Of a stretch of DNA of 63,977 nt, positions 13,323 to 25,748 are shown in pieces. Position 1 is the stretch's first letter, and the number at the start of each line of letters is the position of its first letter. This DNA comes from Guillardia theta CCMP2712 (lineage: Eukaryota > Protista > Cryptophyta): contig NW_005434613.1 of assembly GCF_000315625.1 (NCBI RefSeq), positions 342,441-406,417 on the forward strand. The letters are read 5' to 3'. The notes beneath the pieces are model-generated. The model saw only the letters and a program-made list of their open reading frames with translations, was not told the DNA's origin and searched no databases. The translations under genes were made by a program, and so were the position numbers.

Positions 13323-13766
13323 GGAATGGACGGGGAGGTTACGGAGCACGGTAATGACAATGAGATGATAATGTGCATTTAAAGTTTAAGCAGGAATGAA
13401 GGACTGCACTGCAAGCTGAGTGATTAGTAGTTGAATTTAATTGTAGCAAAGAAATCATGAGAGCAGTCATTTCCATCAAGAAGTGATATCTGCCTGAGGA
13501 TGATACAGTAGCTTTTTAACACCGGCAAAACCTTAGCTTCGAAGGCAGACATTGCAAAGATCGGTGACAACTATGAGTGTGTTATGCCGTGGGCAAAGAA
13601 ATGGAGGGAAGAGTTATCTATCTGACACGAGGGAGATGTGAAGATTTGATGGGCGGAAGTATTATGGATGTTTTAACGTTTTTGTGCACTAATCTCCTGG
13701 AGGGATTATTGGGCTAGACTGAAAGGATAGTTGGTCAAGATTAGCGACTGACGTTTAGCGACTCAG

Positions 13767-14204
13767 ATGCTGTTTCCGTCGAGGACAAGATTTACCATGC
13801 TTGCCCCTGATCCTGCCTACGACGCATATGTGAAGGAGGCTGGGATTGACGGTGAGTTTTCAGATCTTTAATCACCTTCTTTATGTTCTATCAGCGACTC
13901 ATGGATTTTGCTGTCAGGATCTACGGATTTCCACATCAATGGATTTTACAAGAACTACAACGGATGGGACTTTCCTTCTGTACGCTCTCCTGCATAGTGG
14001 TGGCTCCTCTTAATCGTATCGCAGAGCAAGGGAGTTCCTGTCTCGGTGTTCCAGTTTGGATCGCAGCCTCTGGGTGATCCTATCCTAGCTAATCCTGACG
14101 GTACTTCTTAGTCTCTCCTCTTGTCCTGTGTAGTGATATGGTTGTGTTGGACAGGATACAATCCTGACCCTCCGGTGTGGGACGGAATTCTCCGAGGGCC
14201 GTGA
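13767..14204 (+). CDS. cryptic 90-aa four-exon microprotein (13767-13851, 13918-13979, 14025-14100, 14155-14204); further upstream exons are possible
   Basis: Three canonical GT-AG introns (66, 45, 54 nt) give a stop-free frame: MLFPSRTRFTMLAPDPAYDAYVKEAGIDGSTDFHINGFYKNYNGWDFPSSKGVPVSVFQFGSQPLGDPILANPDGYNPDPPVWDGILRGP*. Confidence 0.7.
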
Positions 14205-14836
14205 TTGCGAACTCATGGTTCGAAGCAGAGTGTGCAGATCTCGATTTTGTTCTTGTAAAATAATTGGTAAAGCACGTCGTTGTGTCGGTTGAGTAGAAGT
14301 CAAGGTTGGAAGGAGGTAGATGAAAAGGAAGCATAAGCGTACAGGACGACGGCAACACTTGCGCCTACAACGCTCCTTCCCCTCCTACAGCGCTTCCAAC
14401 CTGTTTCAGCTTCGGCATGTTGACCTTGCCATCATTTTCCTCTCCCTCTCCCCCGTTCCTGCCTTGTTCCCTCAGCCTCTTCTGCGCTCCCTCCCCTCCC
14501 CTTCCTCGACGCATGTTCGTGCATGGCGTTGCTTTCCTAGCACGAGTTGTTCCAAACAAGGGCAGGTGGTAGGGGTAGTAGGTTCCAAATCTTACTTGGG
14601 GGTGGGTACCGTTTGAAGGTCTGGGGAGTACTACCCTACCCCTGAGGCCCTGTTGAGTTCGAGCCGTACCCCTACCTTCTGGGAGCCCTTGACGGACCCG
14701 CTATCCATATACATATCTCAGAAACCCTACCCTACCCCACCCTATTTGGCTTTCAACCCCTTTACCACGGTCAAACCACCCACACCTACCATTCTGAATG
14801 ACCCACCCTCCCCTAGCTCCACCCAGACCTCCCGCC

Positions 14837-17474
14837 ATGCCATGGTGTGTGGAGTGTGAGGACGTCGGGGCGTCGGTGAGATGCGAGGAATGCGGCGACG
14901 AGCTGTGCGGGCTCTGCTTCCAATGGCAGCACAGATCGGGCAAGAGAGCCAAGCACTCGCCCACCCCCCTCCCCGGCATGCAGATGTTCCGAGAGCGAGT
15001 GGAGGGTACCACAGCCCATTTCATGCAGCTGCACAAAGGCAGTGGTGGAGCAGCAGATGAGAAGGAAGCTCCTTTGGTCGGGGACGAGGAGATGGCTGAC
15101 AACAAGGAGGGAGCTGGTAGGGGAAAGAGCGAGGAGGACAGCGGCTCTGTGGAGTCAAAGGCCATGAGGTCTGCCATTGCCGATCGCCTCATAGAATCTT
15201 CAAAGTATATCCCCTTACGTGTGTCCGGGGAGGAGAGGACGCTGCTCAAGCTGCTGGTGAGTGTCACTAGCTCAGTTGTTTGAAAGGTGGATGGAAGGAG
15301 CAGACAATGGAGGAGGAGGAGGCGGAAGAGGAGGAAGTGCAGGTGCAGGTGCAGGAATTGAAGCAGGAGCAGCAGCAGGAGCAGCAGCAGGAGCAGCAGC
15401 AGGATGAGGTGGTGTCTGGGTGTGGGGGGGGCTGTGAAATTTGGGCGTTGAAGGACATGGGGTAGAAGGAAAAGGGGGGGTGTTGGTGGGAAAGAGGGAG
15501 AGAGAGAGAAGGGTCGGGGGGGGAGGGGGGTGAAGGGGAAGGCGACTCACCGTGGCACAGGAGGGAGCTCTTGAGGTATCGGAGTATACCGACAAGGTGG
15601 ACGTCGTGAGAGGTTGGAGCTTCCGCAACACGAAGGCAGATGTCATCCGGGAGGAGATTGCCGACCTCCTTCAACTCCTTCTTGGACTCATCGTAGCTGG
15701 TAACCCAACCAAGGGCAGGTAGATGTTGACTTGAAAGTTGAACGCTCGCGCGCTGACAAGATTCGGTGTAGTGAGATCGTTAAGAACAAGCAGATCTCGC
15801 AGAACGAGGAGTTCTTTCAGCGTGTGCTGGAGATCGGAAGGCGGTTCAAGATCACCAACCCTGAGAAGATGCGGTGCACGTATGGGAAGCTGATCTATCT
15901 CATGCAGGTCTTTTTGTCGCTCTGCTCCATCCATGAATGCTGAAAGATGATATCTTATGCTAGGACGCTCCTTCAGCCATCGACCTCGATGTGGCGGCTG
16001 ATATCCACACCGTCTACAATTTTCTGGAGGCTCGAGATGCTCTGGAGGTCCTCGCAGACGAAGACATCGGGACGGCGATCATGGCTGTATCGTCCTCTGA
16101 AGGAGGCGTGCAGCGGTCCCGTGCTGAGTTGGAAGCGGATTCATCGAACAAGCAGGTCGAGATACTTGTTGAGATGCGGAGAGAAACAGATGATCTGAAG
16201 GATACATGATGTTTTGCAGAAAGCGATAAGGTCGATTTCTGAACGTTACGCCAACGACAAGATATCCAAGGAAGAAATTGAGTATTGCCTCTTCTCCATG
16301 GGAGATTTTCACGCTTATCTTGAGACAAACCGCCGTCCGGTGCTCGACCTCTTGTCATCCGGAGATCTTCTAATGGATGTGCAGGTTGATGAAATGATAG
16401 CCCTTCTCACAGCAAACTTCGATCCGAACAAGGCTGAAAATCCTTATTCCCTTGAGATCTGTTCGGGTTTGCGAGGCAAGTTTACCTTTGGATTGCAAAA
16501 AGATGAATTCTCACTGGTGTTGTGACGTGTTCTTACAGGCTCGAAGCTCTCTCACACTCATTCTACTCAGTACACCTTTGTCTTGCAATCTTTGCAGCTT
16601 TGGAGACATGTCACCCAAGAGATGTACGTCGTTCTTCTCCAACTTGTGCTTCGCAACTGATATGGTTCATGCCGCAGGTTCAGACTCTGGATCCTTGCAG
16701 AGAAAGATCTTCTCAACCCGGATAACCAGTACCGTCTCATGAACACAGGGCAGGTGTGTAATATGCTCCTTGTCCGTTCAGACTGTGAGGTGGAAGCAGG
16801 GGATGAATCGAGTCCAGAGCGCACCGAAAATTGCGCACGCCATGCATGCTATCCTCTCTAAGGTCCAGTCGAAGTGTGGAAGGTGAGGCAGGAGACTAGG
16901 AGGTCAGTCGAGCTCACAGCATGACAGTTGGGTTGGTCTCTCTGTGGTCCATCTGGGAGATCGAGATGTGCCCAACGCGCTCGTTTTCATCGACAAGTAC
17001 ACGCAGGTAAAGACTCTTCTCCTCCTCTCTTTCGACTCAGCATCCTGACGTTTCACAACTTTCTTCCTCCCCTCCTGCTGCTGTCCTGTCTTCTCTCCCC
17101 CCACTAACCCCTTCCTCTTCAACCACGAAGATTGCAAGGTTGCTCGGGCCCATCGTTCACACCGTCCGGTCACTTCCAAGACTGGCGAAGGTGCGGAAGG
17201 AGCTTGTTGTAGTCACATTCACAAACTCTCGCAGGACCCTGCGACGAGCAAGATCGTGAACGAGGAGTTCGGAGGGCCTGATGTCATCAGAAGGACTATC
17301 CTCGCCGACTTCTTCAAGCATGGCTTCGATGGGTCGGGCAGCGACGGAGGCTCCTGCATCGACGGACGTCTGACGAGCGCATGGAACTGGTGCAGCAAGT
17401 TGGAGAAGAAGAGCTACTACCCGATCTTCCTCCTCGCTGGTTTCCAGGGTTTTGATGGAGATTTTCGGAAATGA
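14837..17474 (+). CDS. UPF0652/DUF2009 family protein with an N-terminal B-box-type zinc finger (multi-exon)
   Basis: N-terminal [37 protein letters not shown], then [77 protein letters not shown] and [29 protein letters not shown]. Confidence 0.88.
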
Positions 17475-17681
17475 ATTTAGAAACTCGGACTTATGATGCT
17501 GCCTCTCGTCGAGATCTCAAGTGAACAGGAAGGGGGAGGAGGAGGAGGAGGAGGAGGAGGAATGAACTGTGGGGGACGGAGTACAGAGTAGCTTGTGAGA
17601 TTGGTTGTAAGCGTGGGGCTTGGAAGAAAAGAGGAGAGAAGGAAGATAAGGTCTGCAAGAGTCGTATCTCTATTTCTTCCA

Positions 17682-19529
17682 TCATGCCTGCATGTACATG
17701 TTCGTCACACCCCTGGGAACGTTCCTCTCCACTTCGATCTCGTCCTCCTGCTCCGCTCACGTCATCACTAATTCCTCTCTCTCCTGCTCAATCTCACCTC
17801 CATGGCAGAGAGCAGCGGCAGCTCGTCATTCTCCCCCTGCTCGCAATCTGACAGTCAACCAAGAACCATGAGGGAAGACAAGACCTCATGCTCCCCATCC
17901 TCCTCTGTGCTGTCCACCTTGAATTTCGCTGAAACCTGCTCGCACATCCCTCAGCATCTTGACACGCCAAGGGAACACTGTTTGCTGTGGGCCATACCAG
18001 GTTGTCGATCTTTGGGAATTTAGCGTGTTTGGACAACCTGATAGAAATGTTAAATTCTGTTTCAACGCTTGAGAGGAATTCTCACTGTTCTTGGACCCAA
18101 ACAAGCATCTTGAGGCTGTTGAGAAACAGGTCATGGAACAGCAGCAGCAGCACTACCGATAACAAGAACGAGAAAGAGGAGAAAGAAGAGGACGGGGACG
18201 AGGATTGGAACGTACAGGAGGGGCAGCTTGGACTCCTTGTCCTGATCCTGTCCAATGCTATTAATCCACCAATGGGATACCTTCAAACTTCTCAGCAGCT
18301 CTGGTCTACCTGGCTCGCCAAGATCGCAGCGTTCAAGCTCGTCGCTGTCTTGTGCCTGAAGGAAGGCTCGAGAAGCTGCTTGAGCTCGGAAGGCAACTGC
18401 TGTTCTGCATGATGACGATCAGGACTGCAAAGTCGCGCACTCTCTTCATACTCCCGCCATCATCGGCTCCAAAATCCGCTCCTTGTGCTGTGGACATGTC
18501 AAGAGAACACAGGAGGGTCTGAGGGAGACAGGCAGACTTGATAAGTTCTCGAACGCCAGCAGCGACAAAGTCGTCTCTAGCTCAAACAACAGATCCTTCA
18601 CCACCATTTTCAGCTTGCCGACATTGTACATCGACAAGCATACGCTGTTGTTCTCGCAGAGAGTCAGCAGCTCCTCTTGGACGAACCCTAACGCCTCTTG
18701 GACCTTGACAGGCTGCTCAACTCCAGGACGAGAGGGAAACCTCTCACCTTCCCCTCCCGGATCATTTCTATCAGGCGCTGCTGTTGGAGTTTGAAGAGCA
18801 GGCCGACGTTCCTGTTCAGCACGGTGAGGACGTTGTCGTCTTTGAGACACACTCACGTCTCTAAGATCTCAGGATTCAAGTCGTTCACTCGCTCTATCGC
18901 GTCTGCAATGTTCCCATGATGCACCTGATGGCAGATATGCACTTGTAAGAGGGAAATAACCAATACCAACAAGTCCTGCATATCCTCCTCTTCCTCTCCT
19001 CCTCTCCTCCTTCCCATCCTTTCCTCCCCCTCCTTTCCTCCCCCTCCTTTCCTCCCCCTCCTTCCCTCCCCCTCCTCTTCTCTCCTCCCCCTCCTCTCCT
19101 GCCTTCCTCTCGTTCCTTTCTTCTCATCCCCTTCATCGCTCCGCATTGACCTACCGCAGCCCTTATCTGCATTCTGTCGCCTATCGAGTTCAGGTCCACA
19201 TCAGCCTTCGTGCAGGATTCCTTTGCAAACTTCTCTGCCGTATCCTACACAGCTACACTCAGTCTTGCACGTCGAGCAATCAGAACTTTTCGTGTGACCT
19301 TGTACCCTTCGATCACGAGAAAGTTCAGCACCAGACCTGCAGACACGCATTTTCACTCTCTTCATCATCACAAGCACCTCCTCTCAAGTACAATTCAGAT
19401 CCTCCTTGGATATGTTCACTGCGTCCAGCTTCTCCTGCCAGGCCTCCATGCCGATCACCTTCAACCATGTCTGGTCACGTCGCCGACATCGTACAGCACG
19501 ACAACCTCCTTCTTCTTGTTGCTTCCCAT
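17682..19529 (-). CDS. GID8: GID8/TWA1, LisH-CTLH-CRA subunit of the GID/CTLH E3 ligase (multi-exon; stop approximate)
   Basis: MGSNKKKE/VIGMEAWQEKLDAVNISKEDLN..LVLNFLVIEGYK (LisH), GNIADAIERVNDLNPEILE..LLFKLQQQRLIEMIREGK..ALGFVQEEL (CTLH) and RHKTATSLNAAILASQ..LLKMLVWVQEQ (CRA). Confidence 0.9.
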
Positions 19530-19894
19530 CCTTGGCCCCGGTCCCAGCAACAGCCTTTCAATCTCTGCGAGAACCTGTCAGCTAGATGAAACGCCCTCTG
19601 GTGAAGGAACGCGGTCAATGCGTGTATGCTGATGCATGATTATCAAGTCCCTACGATGAGTTCATACTCCTGCTCCAGCAACATCCTTGCTTCTTACATT
19701 ACCTCCTTTCTATTTCAACTCTCTCCCCTCCTCTCACTCTGCCTCCGACCATCACTTGATGCTCTCGTCTCTCCCTGCTCCCATTACATCTCCTATAAAA
19801 ATCTTCAAAATTCATTCCCCCTCTCTCCTCGCTTGGCTAAACCATGACTGAAATACCCCTTCCTCACATTTCCATCCGTCCTCTCCCTCTCCAT

Positions 19895-20036
19895 CTCCCT
19901 GCTCCCTGCTCCCTCTCTCTCCCTGCTCCCTGCTCCCTGCTCCCTGCTCCCTGCTCCCTGCTCCCTGCTCCCTGCTCCCTGCTCCCTGCTCCCTGCTCCC
20001 TGCTCCCTGCTCCCTGCTCCCTGCTCCCTGCTCCCT
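19895..20036 (+). repeat. (CTCCCTG)n heptamer array; a second array lies at ~231-335 inside an aminotransferase intron
   Basis: Directly visible tandem 7-mer; source of the SREQGAG/LLPAPCS ORFs. Confidence 0.93.
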
Positions 20037-20690
20037 CCTCCCTCCTCCCTCCTCCCTCTCTGTCCGCTGGCACAAAGTAGCATGATGCAACTCTGGGCAG
20101 ACAGATCTGGAGGTTTTTTTTGTTTTTATTTGTTCTTTTTTCCTCTTTTTTTTCACTGCAGACCATAGGGTGGGGTAGTAACATAATACGACAGATACGT
20201 AGAACAGGGGTACTTTGACTGAGTATATGGGGGGTGTAGAGGTGATATGGTGAATGGTGGCAGGGTAGGTGGGGTAGGTTGGTTGGAGATGCGAGGAGCA
20301 TGGAGGCAGAAGCAGCTGATGGGCGGGGGGGCGGGGGCGAGGGAGGAAGGGAGGGAGAGGAAGGGGGGAGAGAGAAGAGTAGCAGGAGAAGAGAAGAGGG
20401 GCAGAAAGGGCTCGATGGAAGCAGTAGAATGAGCAGCAAAGTGGAGCTCCTCCTCCTGCTTCTGCTGCTGCCGCAAATGCAGAAAGGGAGTGAGAAATGG
20501 GGGATGGCAATGATGCTTGGGGACGAGAGAGTTTGAAGACTGAAAGGAAGAATGAGTGCCGCTGGCTAGATCAATATGCAGCTAAGGGTAAGGTATGGAT
20601 GTAGGTCAGGAGGTTGTTCAAGGAAGCAAACAGGCAGAACAGCGCAGAAACTTGACGTTTCATGTTCATACGCACGAGTGAAAGTCAAGC

Positions 20691-21229
20691 ATGTGGTTTG
20701 ATCTTCTGACCAAGGCTCTTCTCCGCTCTGGCAGGAACATCAAGATGGCTTCACGGCGAGTTGTGTGGGGAAAGAGCTTGGTGGAGAAGTTGGCAATGCT
20801 ACCGCAGGGAGCCTTCCCAACGAAGCGCGAAGACGCCCGGCCCGGCATGAGGCATTGGACGAAGCCTCTCTTCTCCAAGAGGCAGCTCAAGGAGCTGAAG
20901 AAGGATGCGGAAGCAGAGGGTCTGGCATGGCCGTGAGTACCTGATCTGTCCCTCCCTACCTCATGTGCGAGCCTGACTTTGGCTATCCCAGTTTGGCTGC
21001 GCAGGAGAAGCCAGCTCCGGGACCCTTGGAGAGCTTCTACGAGAAGACGATCTTTATGTCTAAAGGAAGCAAGAGGGAGCGAATGTACGACGAGAGGAAG
21101 AAGAAGATCCAAGAGAAGATGGCTGAGATGCCGAAACTAATCCAGGAGCATCGCGAAGCGCAGAGGCAGAAGCGATCCAAGACTGTCCTGCAGAAGCTCA
21201 TGGAGATTCCGAGGAGGTTCCGGAGGTAG
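20691..21229 (+). CDS. mitochondrial large-subunit ribosomal protein mL59 (MRPL25)-like; intron 20933-20991; start may instead be the ATG at 20745
   Basis: Small basic protein containing FPTK..RHWTKPLFSKRQLKELKKDAEAEGLAWP..KGSKRERMYDERKKKIQEKMAEMPKLIQEHR, which fits the recalled mL59 pattern W..PxxSxRxxxxL / KGxKxER...M.EMPK.I. Confidence 0.7.
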
Positions 21230-21318
21230 AGGAGCAGGTGTTGTTGTTGTTGCTAGACAAGTGCAAAGGGAATCGAAATCTCAGGAGCTGCACGGGGGCT
21301 GGTCGGTTGCAGCTTGCA

Positions 21319-24172
21319 TTAAACGCACTCTTTCATCATCTCGCGAATCGCACTAGTTGCATAACAGCTCTTGGGGAGGTTGAAGGAAAGTAGCAAATCC
21401 CAGCTCTGCCCACCCTGTCAGCTCTTCATGTGGAACAGTCAAGTCATGTACCTTTCCCTCCTCATGTGCTGTAGGGTATATCACCTCTAGCTGCTGTTTT
21501 CGGAAGATAACGCAGTCGTCAAGAACACTAGCAAGTTCATCATCTGAACATGTAGATCACCTTGATGTACTCAACGACTTGTCTGTAGCCTCCAGGGCAC
21601 TGCAAGAGTGGATCAGCGACCTTTCATCCCTTCTCTCTCACTTCATACCTGAGATGCAAAGGGTCCTAGCTTCGCAGTAGGGTCCTGAAAGTCGACGTCG
21701 TCTTGTGCGAGCTGAATGTGTAGAGGTGAGAAACATGACGAGGTGGGAAGGGAGGGAGGGAGGTTCGAGGAGACGAGTACGAGGGAGGTTCGAGGAGGAA
21801 GTTTGAAGGGAGAAGGAGGTGGGAAAAAAACTCAACATGACAAGCAAGGGGCAAAGTTCAACACAACGAGCAGGTAGCAATCAAGACAAAGAGAAGGGGT
21901 TGAAATTCGACCAGCTTGCGATACTCTTCCTTCATCTCGTTGTCCGGATATATGACAGATCTGCTTCGACTTGAGCTGCAAGGAGAGGAAAGAGAGTCGA
22001 GAACCTCCCAGGGAGTGGAAGAATGACGTCCTGCAAGTTCAAGCATGGGTCAAAACTTCAGATGACTACACCGATCCACACACCTGAATCCCATACGAGC
22101 CAGAAGCAATATCCTCCTGCGAGGGAGTAAAGGAACATGTTTAGAACTATCTGGAAGGGTTGTGATAACCTTGGTCAAAGTCTTGATCCTCTTGTTTTCT
22201 GCCGTATCCGTCCCTTCTGCATGATTCTTGCTCTCAACCACACCGTCTTCATCCTCCTCTTGCCCGACGAAACTCCCCCCATCAAGTTTCCTCCTCTTCC
22301 CACTCCCATCGGCACACTCCGAGAGCAACTCCAACCTCCTCTTCCTATCCGCCATCCTCTCGCTGCTCCATACAAGATCTCCTTCCACAGCCTGCCTCCC
22401 AAACTTCCTCATCCTCAATGACACCATACAGTTGAACACGAAGCTCTGATAGCTCTGTAAGTGAAGCGAGCGGATCCCGTGCGGAAGAGCCTTGATAGCC
22501 TCCAAGTGCGCTTCGTGCCCGTTCCTCTGCAGAGCCTTGAGGACGATCTCCTGGACTCTGCTGCCTCGCGGGAGCATTTTCAACGCTTTCGAGATGTTCT
22601 TCGTTTCATAGTAGAAATCGATCGCTTGCCTGCACTTCTCCTTGTTGTCTCCCTGTCCGTAGAGCAGGGTCTTGAGGGCAGTTTCGAAGTCCCCTCGCAT
22701 CATACTCGCTCCAACTCTGTGCGGCATCAGATGGTCAGCCGAGTACCGTCCCACCCTCTGCGAGCCAAAGTAGTTGAAGAATCCGCTCCTGCCGAGCTCT
22801 CCAACCGCACCCTCCACCACCTCCCTCTTCGCTGAAATTTCTCGGATTCTGATCTGAAATCGATTTCCCAGCAGATGGCCTAGCGATAGCGGCTGTGCGT
22901 AGGACGACGTGGAGATTTTCCCTATCCTAATGCGGCTGATCTTGTTGCTGATACCAGCAAGCCTCTCTCCCTTGACTCCCCTCACTGCGAACAGTTGAGT
23001 CGTGATCCCCACCTTGTCCTTTGTGCCGTGGTAGCTGAAGTAGGAGGGAGGCACTTGCAGGGCATCGGCAAGGCGAGAGATTGCTTCGAGGTGTTCCACA
23101 TGCTCTTTCCGCAGGACGAAGGCAGTGTACCAGTATCCTCCATCCTCTATCTTGAACTTCTGAGGCCTCGTCCCCCTCCTCTCATTCTTCTTGTTCAGCT
23201 CAGAGCTCTTGATATGCTTCATCTCCTTCCTTTCCACCCGTATGGCGCTGGCGCCGCCCTCCTCCCCCGCGCTGCGCTTGGTCTCCGTGGTGCTGCGGAA
23301 GAAGGGAAGGCAACGTGAGATGCACTGATGGATCTTCGTACGACAAGCTCTGTCAGCGTTCTGTCCTATCAGCACAAACGAGCTCGCGGCATCTACTCCC
23401 TCCTGGCACTTCTTCTGGTTCATCCGCCTTGTTGTCACGGCGAACAGCTGCAGCTTCTCAAGGTCGTCTTTCACCAGGAGCTCACTGATCTCGTCGAAGA
23501 TCGCATCCTTCTCTGCCTTGATGAACTTCCCGTCGACAGTCGTCGTCTTGATCCACGGCCACCTGGTCTTCATTGCGTGATGGCATGCCGATCGGAACAG
23601 CTTCGTCACTTGAGCAGAGATCTCTGGAGCTGCAGAGACATCAGGCAAGTGTCTTCGCAGGAATGCTTCAGCATCAGGGATATCTATCATCACACCCTTG
23701 CTCTTCACATCGTCAACCTTGTCATCCCCTTCCAATGTCTGAGCATAGGTTTCAACCTGCTTGATCGCTTCCTCTGAAATCAGATCTTTCAGCTCTGCCT
23801 TGAATAGGCTCTCCTCAATTTGCTCTAACAGGACACTGGTTCGTTCCCCTGCGCACTCTTCCTCGACTTCGGCTTTCTTGACTGCTTCCGGGCCAGACGA
23901 AGTTTGAGTATCAGCTCGCAAGACTCTCAAGTATGAACAGCCTGAATAGTCGAACCTCGATCCAGTTTCGTCCTCCTCCAGCTTTATCACGTTCCCATCG
24001 AGATCAATTTCGTTGACAACAAAGTCCTATCATGCAGTTCAGCTCAAACATCCTTTCAAGCATAAGATACCTCCGCAGAGTCCTTCAAGCTCCCTTGGAA
24101 TCCCTTCGATTCGTTCATGAAAGATACCATCCCCCCATGTTGCAAAAGTTCTTCCCATGTTTCCGAGTCCAT
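21319..24172 (-). CDS. PUS7/PUS7L (TruD family) pseudouridine synthase (multi-exon; could start at 24284)
   Basis: GFQGSLKDSAE/DFVVNEID, catalytic YHGTKDKVGITTQ, LGHLLGNRFQIRIRE, GFFNYFGSQRVG, QSYQSFVFN and C-terminal LSFNLPKSCYATSAIREMMK. Confidence 0.93.
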
Positions 24173-24469
24173 GCCCTGCAAGACAGTCACTCAAATCTAG
24201 ATCTCTCACAATTGTCTGGAGGAAGCAAAGTGTTTCTGGACAACCGATGGGTGTACTGGTCCAGATAGACCCTCTACCTTGCATTATCGCGTTTTCATAT
24301 ATAAATCAACGAGGGCTAAATTCATAGGACTTGGTTTTGTTCATTCTATGCAAAGCCTCAATTCGTAGGTCAATCCCTACACTCTTCTCCCTTTGTCTCT
24401 CACGCCTCGCATGCGTTGTAGTCGTACGAATCGCGATCCCTGTCTCCTTTATCCTCAAGACTACTTAAT

Positions 24470-25748
24470 TCAGTGGTGAAATCGAGTCGATGGTGCCTGC
24501 CCCTGCCCCTATCCCTGCTCCTCTTCCTGCTCTACTGCCCCTGCCCCTGCCCCTGCCCCTGCCCCTGCCCCAGCCCCGGCCACGGCCTGTGCACCTCCCT
24601 CAGATCCTACCGTGCCACATACGGGCGCTACAAAATCATCTTCTCCGCCTCCTAGCACGTGAACTAACATCGAGAAGTGATACCTCGTCCTCGCGGACCT
24701 GGACGTGGACGTCACCATCTTAATTTCTGTATGGCCGGTCGGCGGTACACGATGCTCGACCCCGAGGTGAAAATGGATCATTGGCGTTCAATGAATTCGA
24801 CGAATCTACTCTACCGAGACTTGATCTACTCCTGCACCACTCTCTCCGACCTCGACCCTGACCCCCCCGCTGGCGCTCAGGCTGGCAAACGACCCTNNNN
24901 NNNNNNNNNNNNNNNNNNNNNNNNNNNNNNNNNNNNNNNNNNNNNNNNNNNNNNNNNNNNNNNNNNNNNNNNNNNNNNNNNNNNNNNNNNNNNNNNAGCC
25001 CCAGCCCCAGCCCCAGCCCCTGCCCCTGCCCCTGCCCCTGCCCCTGCCCCTGCCCCTGCCCCTGCCCCTGCCCCTGCCTCTATCCCTCCTGCTCCTGCTC
25101 CCCTGCCCCTGCTCTCACACCTTCCCCATTGCCCATCTCCGATGCGTCTGCTCATGATCAACACTACAGACTTGATCATCAAAACTCTGACTCGGACTCA
25201 AGCTCCTCAGAATAGCTCCACGAACCGGAAGATAGGCGATCTCTGGCTTTCTGTCCTTCGCACTCATGTCTGGACTGGGCTGGTTCTGGACGTCATGACA
25301 ACTCCTCCCTACACCAACAATACAAGCCCCGTTGGCCTCCCTGCGCTCTCTGAACCAGCCCAACAAAAGACTTCGGATCATAATGTGAGCTGTGCCACCC
25401 ATCGCCTGCCTCAGGCCTTTCTTCCCATCCCTGCAGGTATGGATGAACTTGTTCACGCTGAAACCTTGATGGAACTCCGGTACCTGCCGTAACTCCATGC
25501 AGCAACTCTGATAGCGGAGTAGGATGGATGCATCCAGGAGGCGGTGCATGGGGACCCTTCGTTTCATCGTCTGCATGATCGCACGCTCCGGAAGTATCGA
25601 GCTGATATGGGTCTCGCCGTCCTCCTCGCATGACCCATGCGCTCCTGCTCCTGCTCCTGCTCCTGATCTGGTTACCTCCGAGACGCTGCTGTACGTGGTT
25701 GGTGAGGAGTTGCTTGCTGCCTTCTCAGTGTTTCGAGATGAACTCTGA
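24470..25748 (+). CDS. hypothetical multi-exon gene interrupted by an assembly gap; boundaries uncertain
   Basis: Protein-like segments (..RHHLNFCMAGRRYTMLDPEVKMDHWRSMN.., ..IGDLWLSVLRTHVWTGLVLDVM.., ..LRFIVCMIARSGSIELIW..) are separated by splice-like sites and (CCCCTG)n tracts. No family recognised. Confidence 0.4.
24897..24996. other. assembly gap (100 N) next to (CCCCAG/CCCCTG)n
   Basis: Run of exactly 100 N, a typical placeholder for a gap of unknown size. Confidence 0.99.

Noticed and set aside
12989-13382. RI, DQ, GS, PD and IL dipeptide ORFs
   Set aside because: Translations of the (GGATCA)n microsatellite, open in several frames.
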